A stretch of DNA of 64,000 nt from Trueperaceae bacterium (GTDB taxonomy: Bacteria; Deinococcota; Deinococci; Deinococcales; Trueperaceae), in NCBI GenBank assembly GCA_965214405.1, contig OZ243956.1, forward strand, positions 192,001 to 256,000. The letters are read 5' to 3'. Below are positions 37,269-45,539 of this stretch, in pieces. Within the stretch, counting starts at the first letter, position 1. Each line of letters starts with the position of its first letter. A program made the translations under genes and the position numbers. Below the pieces are notes generated by a model, which was not told where the DNA came from, ran no database searches, and saw nothing but the letters and a program-made list of their open reading frames with translations.

Positions 37269-38183
37269 TTAGTTTCCGAACGCGGCTTGCAGCGCGGGCG
37301 CGGCGGGTTCGCCGCCCGCGGTGGTGACGCCTTCCGTCCAGCCCATCACCACATCCATGTGCTCGGCAATCCAGTCTCGCGCGACCGTTTCGGGGTCCTC
37401 GCCCTGGCGGCTGTAGAGGTCGACCCAGCCGTTTTGAATCTCCGGCGTGACGGCGAACTGCTCGAAAAATGTTGTCAAGTTCGGGTTCGCCTCCGCAAAC
37501 GCCGTGTTGAGCGCCGTTGCCACGTAACCGTCGCCGCCCCAGACGTTCTCCGGGTCGTCCAGATAGGTAAGGTCGTAAACCGCGTTCATCCAGTGCGGGC
37601 TCCAGGCCAAAAAGACGATGGGCTCTTCCCTATCTACCGCCCGCTCGACCGCCGCGAGCATCCCCTCGGTGGAACTTTCAACGAGTTCAAAATCTTGTAA
37701 GCCGTAGGTGTCGTTATCAATCATATCCAAGATGATGGTGTTGCCGTCGTTACCGGGCTCAATGCCGTAAATCTTGCCGTCAAACTCGCCCGCGTTCGCC
37801 GCCAAGTCGGCGAGCGAGGTGACGCCCGTTTCGGCCACAAAGGTAGGCACGGCGGGGCGGTAGACGGTGGGCTCTAAGTTACGCGCCGCCAGCGTGACGG
37901 AGCCGTCCCCAGTGTCAGCGAGGTAAGGCTCAACCATCGCGTCCATGCTGGGCCGCCAGACGCCTAAAAACACGTCCAGGTCGCCCTCGGACAAGCCCTT
38001 CAAGACGATGGGCACGCTTAGCGACTGCGTCTGCGTGTCGTAGCCGAGCGTCTCCAACACGGCGGCGGCGACCTGCGTTTTGACCGTGACGCCGGGCCAC
38101 TCGACGTAGCCGAAGCGGACGGTCTGCGCCGCCGCGAGGGGCAGCAAGAGGATAAGGATAAGCATTGACAAAAGGCGTTTCAT
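37269..38183 (-). CDS. Glycine betaine/proline ABC substrate-binding protein (ProX/OpuAC)
   Basis: Signal peptide; GIEPG, WSPHWM. Confidence 0.9.
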   Translation of the reverse strand: MKRLLSMLILILLLPLAAAQTVRFGYVEWPGVTVKTQVAAAVLETLGYDTQTQSLSVPIVLKGLSEGDLDVFLGVWRPSMDAMVEPYLADTGDGSVTLAARNLEPTVYRPAVPTFVAETGVTSLADLAANAGEFDGKIYGIEPGNDGNTIILDMIDNDTYGLQDFELVESSTEGMLAAVERAVDREEPIVFLAWSPHWMNAVYDLTYLDDPENVWGGDGYVATALNTAFAEANPNLTTFFEQFAVTPEIQNGWVDLYSRQGEDPETVARDWIAEHMDVVMGWTEGVTTAGGEPAAPALQAAFGN

Positions 38184-38394
38184 CTTTTCTCCCTTGAATT
38201 CGTGCTAGCGGGGAAGGTCGTGGGCGGTGCGAAACCGCTCCCACACGCAGTGCCCGCAAGTCAATCCTGCGATTTCGGAGCTTGGTAACAGCCTGGCAAG
38301 CCTACCACGCGGCTCCACGCGATATAGTTCTGTGTGCTGGTCTCGCCTGATCTCAGAATGCCGCCTCGCCCACAAGCGTCTCCAAGGAGCGCAT

Positions 38395-39456
38395 TTGAAT
38401 AAGATCGTCCTCAGCCACGTGTCGAAACTTTTCGGCCCGCGCCCTCAGAAGGGCTTAGAGCGCCTTTCTCAAGGCGCAACCAAAAGTGAGGTGCAGCGCG
38501 AACTCGGCGGAGTGGTGGGCGTCTACGACGCGTCGCTTTCCGTCGAAGCGGGCGAAACATTCGTGCTGATGGGGCTCTCGGGCAGCGGCAAGTCAACCCT
38601 GCTGCGCCTCGTGAACCGGCTGCTCAACCCCACCGCCGGGCGCGTTGAGGTGGACGGCGTGGACCTAACACGTTTGAGCGGGCGCAAGCTGCGCGAGTTC
38701 CGGCGCGAGCACTTCGGCGGGATGGTCTTCCAGCACTTCGCGCTCCTGCCTCACCGGACGGTCTTAAACAATGTCGCCTTCGGCTTGGAGCTTCAGGGCG
38801 TGCTCAAAAAGGAGCGGCTGGTTAAGGCGGGCGAGATGATCGAGCGCGTGGGGCTAGGCGGCTTTGAAAACAGCCGCCCCGACACGCTCTCCGGCGGGAT
38901 GCAGCAGCGCGTGGGGCTAGCGCGCTCGCTCGCGCTGGGGGCCGACATCCTGCTCATGGACGAGCCCTTTAGCGCGCTGGACCCGCTTATCCGGCGTGAG
39001 TTACAAGACGAACTCTTGACCCTTCAGCGGCAGGTCGGCAAAACGCTCCTGTTCGTGACCCACGACCTCAACGAGGCGCTTAGGCTGGGGGACCGCATCG
39101 CCATCATGAAAGACGGGCGGGTGGTGCAGGTCGGGACGGGCCAAGAAATCATCGCGCGGCCCGCGGACGCGTACGTGAGCGCCTTTACCGAGGGCGTGGA
39201 CCGGCTGCGCGCGCTGCTGGCCTATACGCTCATGCAACCCGCGAGCCGCTTGGAGACGACGCTCGAGGTCGGCGTCTACACCCCCCTAAGCGAGGTGGTC
39301 GCCGTCGCCGCGAAAGAAGACGCGCCCGTGGCGGTCAAGGACGCGCAGGGCGATACGGTGGGCGTCATCACCAGGGACGCGCTGCTGGCGGCCTTGGCGG
39401 GCGTTTCTTCGGGAGATGCTAAAGAAGCTGCGAAGTTTATGAAGGGAGAACGCTAG
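38395..39456 (+). CDS. Glycine betaine/proline ABC ATP-binding protein (ProV/OpuAA)
   Basis: TTG after AAGGAG; GLSGSGKST, LSGGMQQRVGLAR, MDEPFSALDP. Confidence 0.92.
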   Translation: MNKIVLSHVSKLFGPRPQKGLERLSQGATKSEVQRELGGVVGVYDASLSVEAGETFVLMGLSGSGKSTLLRLVNRLLNPTAGRVEVDGVDLTRLSGRKLREFRREHFGGMVFQHFALLPHRTVLNNVAFGLELQGVLKKERLVKAGEMIERVGLGGFENSRPDTLSGGMQQRVGLARSLALGADILLMDEPFSALDPLIRRELQDELLTLQRQVGKTLLFVTHDLNEALRLGDRIAIMKDGRVVQVGTGQEIIARPADAYVSAFTEGVDRLRALLAYTLMQPASRLETTLEVGVYTPLSEVVAVAAKEDAPVAVKDAQGDTVGVITRDALLAALAGVSSGDAKEAAKFMKGER

Positions 39457-40310
39457 TGTGGGAGCTTCTTAGCACCTGGTGGCAACGCGGTGTGCCCCTG
39501 GGTGATGTGGTTGAGCGCGGCGTGGACGGACTTTCCGCAGCCTTTCCGGGCGTTTTCGACGCCTTTAACGCGGGCGTGCTGTGGCTGGTCGAGGGGGTGG
39601 TGTGGGGGCTGGGGCGTCCCCACGCGCTCATCATTATCGGCCTCCTTACCGCGCTCGCCTTTTGGCTACGCGGCACGCGCACTGCGCTCTTTACGCTCCT
39701 GGGGCTCCTACTCACGCTCAACATGGGGATGTGGGAGGCCTTTGTCGATACCCTCGCGCTCGTCGGGGTGGCGGAGGCGTTCGTGTTGCTCCTCGGCCTG
39801 CCGCTGGGCGTCCTCGCCGGGACAAGCCGCGTGGCGGAGCGCCTAACCGAGCCGCTGCTCGACTTTATGCAGACGATGCCCGCCTTTGTTTACCTCATCC
39901 CCGCGGTGGTGTTTTTCTCCCTTGGCGTGGTGCCGGGGGTGGTGGCGACGGTGATCTTCGCGCTCCCGCCGCTCGTTCGGCTCACCAGCTTGGGCTTGCG
40001 CGGGGTGCCCGAAGACCTCATGGAGGCGTCCGAGGCCTTTGGCGCGACTCCCACGCAGCGGCTTTTCAAGGTCCAGCTTCCCAGCGCCTTGCCAAGCATT
40101 TTGGCGGGTGTGAACCAGTCCATCATGCTGGGACTGTCGATGGTCGTGATTGCCGCGCTCGTCGGGGCGGGCGGTCTGGGTGCGGAGGTCTTACGCGGGG
40201 TAAACACGCTGAACGTTTCTTTGGGTTTTGAAGCAGGTCTCGCCATCGTCATCATGGCGATTATCCTGGACCGCCTCACGCAGGGGCTCGGGGGGCGCAA
40301 GCGAGAGTGA
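39456..40310 (+). CDS. Glycine betaine/proline ABC permease (ProW/OpuAB)
   Basis: PLLDFMQTMPAFVYLIP, AGVNQSIM. Confidence 0.93.
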   Translation: MWELLSTWWQRGVPLGDVVERGVDGLSAAFPGVFDAFNAGVLWLVEGVVWGLGRPHALIIIGLLTALAFWLRGTRTALFTLLGLLLTLNMGMWEAFVDTLALVGVAEAFVLLLGLPLGVLAGTSRVAERLTEPLLDFMQTMPAFVYLIPAVVFFSLGVVPGVVATVIFALPPLVRLTSLGLRGVPEDLMEASEAFGATPTQRLFKVQLPSALPSILAGVNQSIMLGLSMVVIAALVGAGGLGAEVLRGVNTLNVSLGFEAGLAIVIMAIILDRLTQGLGGRKRE

Positions 40311-41149
40311 GCGGGACAAAAGGGGGCATATCTACGGGACGCGCAAGCAAAGACGCGAGAAGCGGGCAGGGTCTTTGGTCGTTTGCTACGCTCCTCAGCC
40401 TATTGGCAACGATTGTATTGTGGATACCGCTCGAGCAGTGGCTCCTAGGCGGCATCTCCGCAGCCGTCTTTGCAGCGTCCCTTCTAAAGGAATCCCCATC
40501 CCGCAGACTGCGCTACCTGGCGCTGGCTTCTGCCGTCGTCGTCCTCACCATCGCGCCCATCAACACGCGCACCGACAACCGACACTCCCTGACGATGGCG
40601 CTTTTTTTTCTCGCGGCACTTGTTTTTCCCACGCTCATCTTGTGGCGACAAAAAATCATCACCTTCAAACTTTTTCCAGACAAACTCGACTGGGTGGACG
40701 TTCTTTACACCTTCTTGTCCGTCCCGCTCGCCTGGGGCGGTTTTCGGCTCTACTTCGGCGTGCTGAGCCCGGAGGTGCCCTTTAATTGGACGCTGCCGCC
40801 CGCGCCCGACACCGAAGAGCTTTTGCGGCTTTTTCTGGGCATCAACGCGGTAGGGATTTGGGACGAACTCTTCTTCGTCAACATCGGCTACGCCGTCCTG
40901 CGCACCCTTTTTCCGGCTCGCATCGCCAACCCCGCGCAGGCGGTTCTTTACACCGCGGTGCTTTACGACATGGCCTTTACGGGTTGGGGGCCGCTGTTCG
41001 TTTACACGCTCGCGCTGACGCAGGGGGCGATGTACGAGCGTTCAAAGGTGCTTTTGTACGTGCTCGTGGTCCACCTCATCGTGGATTATTTTCTTTTTCA
41101 GGAGATCGTTTCGGCGTATTATCCGGGACTTTCGGTGTGGTGGCATTAG
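40307..41149 (+). CDS. CPBP-family intramembrane glutamic protease-like protein
   Basis: Multi-TM; GIWDELFF, VHLIVD. Confidence 0.7.
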   Translation: MSGTKGGISTGRASKDARSGQGLWSFATLLSLLATIVLWIPLEQWLLGGISAAVFAASLLKESPSRRLRYLALASAVVVLTIAPINTRTDNRHSLTMALFFLAALVFPTLILWRQKIITFKLFPDKLDWVDVLYTFLSVPLAWGGFRLYFGVLSPEVPFNWTLPPAPDTEELLRLFLGINAVGIWDELFFVNIGYAVLRTLFPARIANPAQAVLYTAVLYDMAFTGWGPLFVYTLALTQGAMYERSKVLLYVLVVHLIVDYFLFQEIVSAYYPGLSVWWH

Positions 41150-41227
41150 GAAAATAAAAGGCAGTAACACACCTCAAGCGCCCAATCTACATCCTGAAAA
41201 TAGTATAATAGATGAACGGTAGCAAAA

Positions 41228-41298
41228 GAGGGTACGGCAAAAAGCGGTGATGGGCTTTTCAAGGTCGGATGACTAGGGTACGCCCGCACCTCGGCTCC
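41228..41298 (-). pseudogene. Decayed integron-integrase N-terminal remnant
   Basis: Minus frame GAEVRAYPSHPTLK resembles IntI EVRAYLSHL. A shifted frame gives TLFCYR, resembling ALLFLYR. Confidence 0.35.
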
Positions 41299-41393
41299 TC
41301 ACAGCGACCTCACGAAATGCGGTAATTTCGCGTAATTTTAAGGGTGTCATACCGCACTCTGCGGTATAATGACAACTAGACTACGCAGGAGTT

Positions 41394-41801
41394 GTGAAGA
41401 TGACCGAAAGAGAAGAGGCTAGACTCCAAGCAGTTCCAGATGGGCTGATTCGTCGTGGGCAGATTTACTGGGTTGCGCCTGATGAGTCTCATGGCTCTGT
41501 TCCGCCCATCAGTCATCCGCACGTGATCGTTCAGGATGACCTCTTCAACGCCTCAAGAATTAGCACTGTGGTGGTGTGCGGTATTACTTCAAACTTAAAG
41601 CGTGCTTCCGAACCTGGAACAGTTCTTCTCGAGTCAGGGGAGGGCGGCCTCGAGCGGCAGAGCGTCGTACTCGCGTCACAGATTTCCTCCGTGTGCAAGT
41701 CTCACCTTGGTGAATGTACCGGTACGCTTTCGGAGCAGCGGGTTGAGCAAATCCTGTCAAGTTTGCGGTTTCTGCAGCGTGCGTTCATTCGGGGCCGCTA
41801 G
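41394..41801 (+). CDS. PemK/MazF-family toxin (no adjacent antitoxin)
   Basis: RRGQIYW, HP.VIVQ.D.FN, VVVCGITSN, SVV..QI. Confidence 0.9.
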   Translation: MKMTEREEARLQAVPDGLIRRGQIYWVAPDESHGSVPPISHPHVIVQDDLFNASRISTVVVCGITSNLKRASEPGTVLLESGEGGLERQSVVLASQISSVCKSHLGECTGTLSEQRVEQILSSLRFLQRAFIRGR

Positions 41802-41883
41802 CTGGGCGCGGCTCAACGCAGGTGTCATACGGCTTAGATTGCTCGACTCAGGCGCATCGCAATTCAACTCGAGGTGTTGTCCA

Positions 41884-42255
41884 ATGGCAAAGCAAGAAAG
41901 AGATGAGAGACGCGAGCACCGCATCGTCATGGAGGCCATCGTAGATGCCTACGGTCCCGAAGAGCAGGCGATGGGATGGTACTACTACCTCCAAGACAAG
42001 ATGACTTTCCCCTTCAAGGCACGTTGCATTCAAGCGCGTTCGATTTCGCCACTGCGCGAAGGAGAAGAGGTCACAGTGGCTAGCATGGCACCGGAAGATG
42101 ATTGTATGCGTGAGATGTTCGTTCTGGTCAACTGGCAGGGGCGTTCGCTGGGCCTTCCGCTGGCACAGCTTGAGGGGGTAAGCGTAGACGAGGAGACAGC
42201 GGAAGCCATCGGTGACTGGTATTACTGGATGAATCAAGGATACGAGCTTGGTTGA
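41884..42255 (+). CDS. CcbP-like calcium-binding family protein
   Basis: EAIVDAYGPEEQAMGWYYYL..FPF.A, PLAQL, AIGDW.YW. Confidence 0.8.
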   Translation: MAKQERDERREHRIVMEAIVDAYGPEEQAMGWYYYLQDKMTFPFKARCIQARSISPLREGEEVTVASMAPEDDCMREMFVLVNWQGRSLGLPLAQLEGVSVDEETAEAIGDWYYWMNQGYELG

Positions 42256-42268
42256 CAAGCGAGAAAGG

Positions 42269-42345
42269 GCCGCACAACAACACGTTCCAGCGGACAGCGA
42301 AACCAAATAGAGACTTGGTTACGGCTGCACATCAACAGGTGACGC
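42269..42345 (+). other. Degenerate attC-like site
   Basis: GCCGCACAAC-AACACGTTCCAGCGGAC (R''/L''-like) 13 bp after the CcbP stop, then an imperfect hairpin. Confidence 0.5.
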
Positions 42346-42390
42346 AAGACGGGTGGCTTGACGGCAGACCTTACTTTGACCATTTTTTCA

Positions 42391-42412
42391 AGGGTAGCAA
42401 CTGTGCTACCCT
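42391..42412. promoter_or_regulatory. vapBC operator overlapping the -10
   Basis: AGGGTAGCA-actg-TGCTACCCT perfect 9-bp IR; TACCCT lies 6 nt before the ATG. Confidence 0.7.
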
Positions 42413-42418
42413 TCTACC

Positions 42419-42664
42419 ATGAAACAGGTCAACTTGAAAAGCGACCGTGTTGCGCTTTTACTCGAGCAGCTCACCCAGCGAACGGGTGAAACGAAGGTCG
42501 AGGCCGTCACAAAGGCGCTCGAGGAACGCTTGAGAGAGCTCGAGGCGCAAGACCGCGCGGCGCGCACGCTCACCTGGCTGAGGACGACCGTCTGGCCGAA
42601 CCTTGAAACGCAGCGCGGCCGAGCGCCTTCTAAAGAAGAGCAAGAGGAACTGCTCGGCTTCTGA
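42419..42664 (+). CDS. vapB: VapB antitoxin (Rv0623-like)
   Basis: NLKS....L...TGETK.EAV..AL.ERL; TGATG coupling to the toxin. Confidence 0.85.
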   Translation: MKQVNLKSDRVALLLEQLTQRTGETKVEAVTKALEERLRELEAQDRAARTLTWLRTTVWPNLETQRGRAPSKEEQEELLGF

Positions 42665-43059
42665 TGGTCCTCGACAGCAGCGTCCTTCTTCAAATCCTTT
42701 TTGAGGAACCCGGTGCGGAAGAAGCCGTGCTCGCGTTGGGACGAGCGTCAAGCCTGTTGATGGCGTCGCCGACGCTGCTGGAGACGGAAATCGTCTACGG
42801 CTCGAGGCGGAGTTTCAATTCGGGCGAGGTCGCAGAGCTCGTCCTGCGCCTCGATGTCAGGCTGCACCCTTTTACGGCCGAGCACGCCGTAGAGGCGAGG
42901 CTGGCGTACGCGCGTTTTGGTGAAGGGCAAGGACACCCTGCGGGGCTGAACTTCGGCGACTGCGTGAGCTACGCCCTCGCCAAGGTCGCGGGGCGGCCGC
43001 TCGCGTTCAAGGGTGAAGACTTCACCTTAACGGACCTCGACGTCGTAAAGTTGGGTTAG
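42664..43059 (+). CDS. vapC: VapC PIN-domain toxin
   Basis: MVLDSS...EP, HPAGLNFGDC.SYA, FKGEDF. Confidence 0.92.
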   Translation: MVLDSSVLLQILFEEPGAEEAVLALGRASSLLMASPTLLETEIVYGSRRSFNSGEVAELVLRLDVRLHPFTAEHAVEARLAYARFGEGQGHPAGLNFGDCVSYALAKVAGRPLAFKGEDFTLTDLDVVKLG

Positions 43060-43091
43060 TTTGGCGTCATTTGTGTTTGTTGCGGATGTAC

Positions 43092-44333
43092 CTAACGGCT
43101 TTCGGTGTCGGTGCGGCGCTCGAGCCATCTCAAGACGCTCGAGGCCCCCAGGGTGAGCGCGATATAAATAATCGCGGCGGTGTTAAAGGGCGGGATGTTG
43201 TTGAGCCGCGCCGCCGCGAACTCGCGCGCCAAGCGGAAGATGTCGCCCGTGCCAATCACCGAGACGAGCGCGGTGTCTTTGAACATGGCGATAAACTCGT
43301 TGCCGAGGGGCGGAATGACAATCTTGAGCGCCTGCGGCAGGACGACGAAGCGGGCGACCTGCCCCCCCGAGAGCCCGAGCGCCTTGGCCGCTTCCCGCTG
43401 CCCCTTGGGCACGGCCTGGATACCCGCCCGAAAAATCTCCGCCATAAACGCCGCGTACGCGAAACCCACCGCCAAGGTGCCCCGCTGCAAGTCCCGTAAG
43501 AAACGGTTGTCGGGCTCGAACAGGAGCCCCAAACGGCCCAACTCGCCCGGCAACACCAGGCCGATAAAAACGATTAAAACGATCATAGGGATGCCGCGCA
43601 CGATGTCGATATAAAGTTCGGCGAAGATGGCTAGCGGGTGCTCGCCGCTCTGCCAGCTCGCAAAGGTCAGCAGCAAGACGATGACGCTTAGCGCCCCCCC
43701 GAAGGTGATGAGGTTAAGCCTCGAGGTCGGCAACACCGAGCTTTCCCACAGCACGCTCGCGCCCTCCGGCACCACCTCGAGCGGCACGAGCGCGCCCGTG
43801 TAGATTCCTGAAGCCACGCGGTCCAAGGCGGCTTGAGCGTCCGGCACCGCCCTAAAAGAGCGCTCCGGCGCGCCCTCTTCATAGGTGCCTGCGCGCACCG
43901 CGTCGCTTAGCGCGTCGGGCGTGCCGCTGACAATCGCAACCGTGCCCTCCGCCTCGCCGATAAGCGCGTACGCGTGGCGCGGCAGGAGCAGGAGCGCCCC
44001 GGCCGCCGCGCCAAGAAGCAGCCCGACGCCGAGGAAAACAAAAACGCTGCGCGGCCCCCCTTCCAAAAACTGCAAACCCGCGATCACCAAGCCCCAGGCA
44101 AACGCGAGCGTATAGGCCGTGAGCGTGAGCGCCACGGTCATGGCGATGCCGGGCAGGATAAAACGAAGCGCGTCTTGATAGGTGGCGTTAAAAATAAAGA
44201 GATAAACAAAAAGCGGAAACAACGCCAGTAAAACAAGGTAACTGGGCTTGATACGGCCCAGTAGTCTGCCGTAAGGGCGTGTCAGCCCCGTTTGCACGCT
44301 TTCCGAGAGGTCGGGTTTGGAAGAGGTTGACAT
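43092..44333 (-). CDS. Polar amino-acid ABC permease with internal extra domain
   Basis: RGIP, AEIFRAGIQAV.KGQ.EAA.ALG, LPQA, KDTAL. Confidence 0.9.
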   Translation of the reverse strand: MSTSSKPDLSESVQTGLTRPYGRLLGRIKPSYLVLLALFPLFVYLFIFNATYQDALRFILPGIAMTVALTLTAYTLAFAWGLVIAGLQFLEGGPRSVFVFLGVGLLLGAAAGALLLLPRHAYALIGEAEGTVAIVSGTPDALSDAVRAGTYEEGAPERSFRAVPDAQAALDRVASGIYTGALVPLEVVPEGASVLWESSVLPTSRLNLITFGGALSVIVLLLTFASWQSGEHPLAIFAELYIDIVRGIPMIVLIVFIGLVLPGELGRLGLLFEPDNRFLRDLQRGTLAVGFAYAAFMAEIFRAGIQAVPKGQREAAKALGLSGGQVARFVVLPQALKIVIPPLGNEFIAMFKDTALVSVIGTGDIFRLAREFAAARLNNIPPFNTAAIIYIALTLGASSVLRWLERRTDTESR

Positions 44334-44363
44334 AGAAAAGTTTACCCGAGTTGGTTACAAAAG

Positions 44364-44397
44364 AGAAACGCCCTACTTTGACCGTAGGGCGTTTTCT
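44364..44397. terminator. Stem-loop between SBP and permease
   Basis: AAACGCCCTAC/GTAGGGCGTTT. Confidence 0.6.
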
Positions 44398-44409
44398 GAA
44401 TCCTTTGGT

Positions 44410-45192
44410 TTACTGGCCGCTCTCGGCGTCACCGAGGTTGTACTGGGCGCGGAGCTCGTCCAAGGTGCCGTCCTCTTGAATCATGTCGAGACCCGCGTTA
44501 AAAGCGTCGATAAGCTCGTCGCCCTCCTGGAACACAAAGCCCAACGGCTCGCCGTCGGAGAGCCCGCGGATATTGACCACGAGGTCGCCCGCGTACTGGC
44601 TTTCAAACTCCGCCGCGGTGATGTCGTCTAAAATCACGCCGTCCACATCACCCTGCAAAAGCGCTTGCACGGCGCTGTTGAAGTCGTCGTAGGAGACGGT
44701 GCGCGCTTCGCCGACGAGCTCGAGCGCCAAATTATAGTTCGTCGTGCCGAGCTGTGAACCGAGCAGGAGTTCGCTGCTTTCGGCGGTGAAATCTTCGGCG
44801 GTCAGTGCTTCGTTCTCGGTGGTGGTGGCAATCGCCTGCTGCACGTAGATGTACGGGTCGCTAAAGTCCGCCGTCTCGTCACGTTCATCGGTAATGGTGA
44901 CGCCCGAGGCTATCATGTCAAAGTCTTGAAAGGCTCCCGAGCCGATCGCCGCGACGAGACCGTCCCAGGCGTAGGTCTGGAAGTCCGCCTCGCAGTTGAT
45001 GCGCTCGCAAACCGCGTTGACCACGTCCACGTCGAAACCGACGATCTCGCCCGCGTCGTTGACCGTTTCAAAAGGCGGATACGTCGTGTCCGAGCCGACG
45101 ATGATGACCTGCCCGCCCAAATCCGGCGCGTCTTGGGCAGCGGCAAAGAGGGGAACGAAAATGAGGGTGAGGATAAAAAGCAATCTGTTCAT
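44410..45192 (-). CDS. Polar amino-acid ABC substrate-binding protein
   Basis: YPPFE, GFDVD, TITDER, DFSDPY. Confidence 0.92.
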   Translation of the reverse strand: MNRLLFILTLIFVPLFAAAQDAPDLGGQVIIVGSDTTYPPFETVNDAGEIVGFDVDVVNAVCERINCEADFQTYAWDGLVAAIGSGAFQDFDMIASGVTITDERDETADFSDPYIYVQQAIATTTENEALTAEDFTAESSELLLGSQLGTTNYNLALELVGEARTVSYDDFNSAVQALLQGDVDGVILDDITAAEFESQYAGDLVVNIRGLSDGEPLGFVFQEGDELIDAFNAGLDMIQEDGTLDELRAQYNLGDAESGQ

Positions 45193-45539
45193 GGCGTCTC
45201 CTTTTTGAATTGAAACGGCGTCTCAAAACGTCGCGTTTTTAGGCGTGCTTACTCACTACTGTGAAGAACTTCACGTTAGAGCATACCCGAGGGCGCGCGG
45301 GGAGCGCAAGGGGAACCGTTCACCCGTTCTTTACGTTTGGGAGGGAAACGGCGTTGGTCTCACACACGTCACAGCTCGAGCGGCTAAACTGTGCTTTAAT
45401 TGTACTGGGTATAAAATTTTTTAAGAAGTCTAAAAAGACGGTCCCGACGTCCAATAAGATGTCCGATAAATGGTCTGGTAAGTGGCATTTTAATCATAGG
45501 TCTCGGCAACAGGTTCTAGTGCAGAGTTAGGAGCATTTT

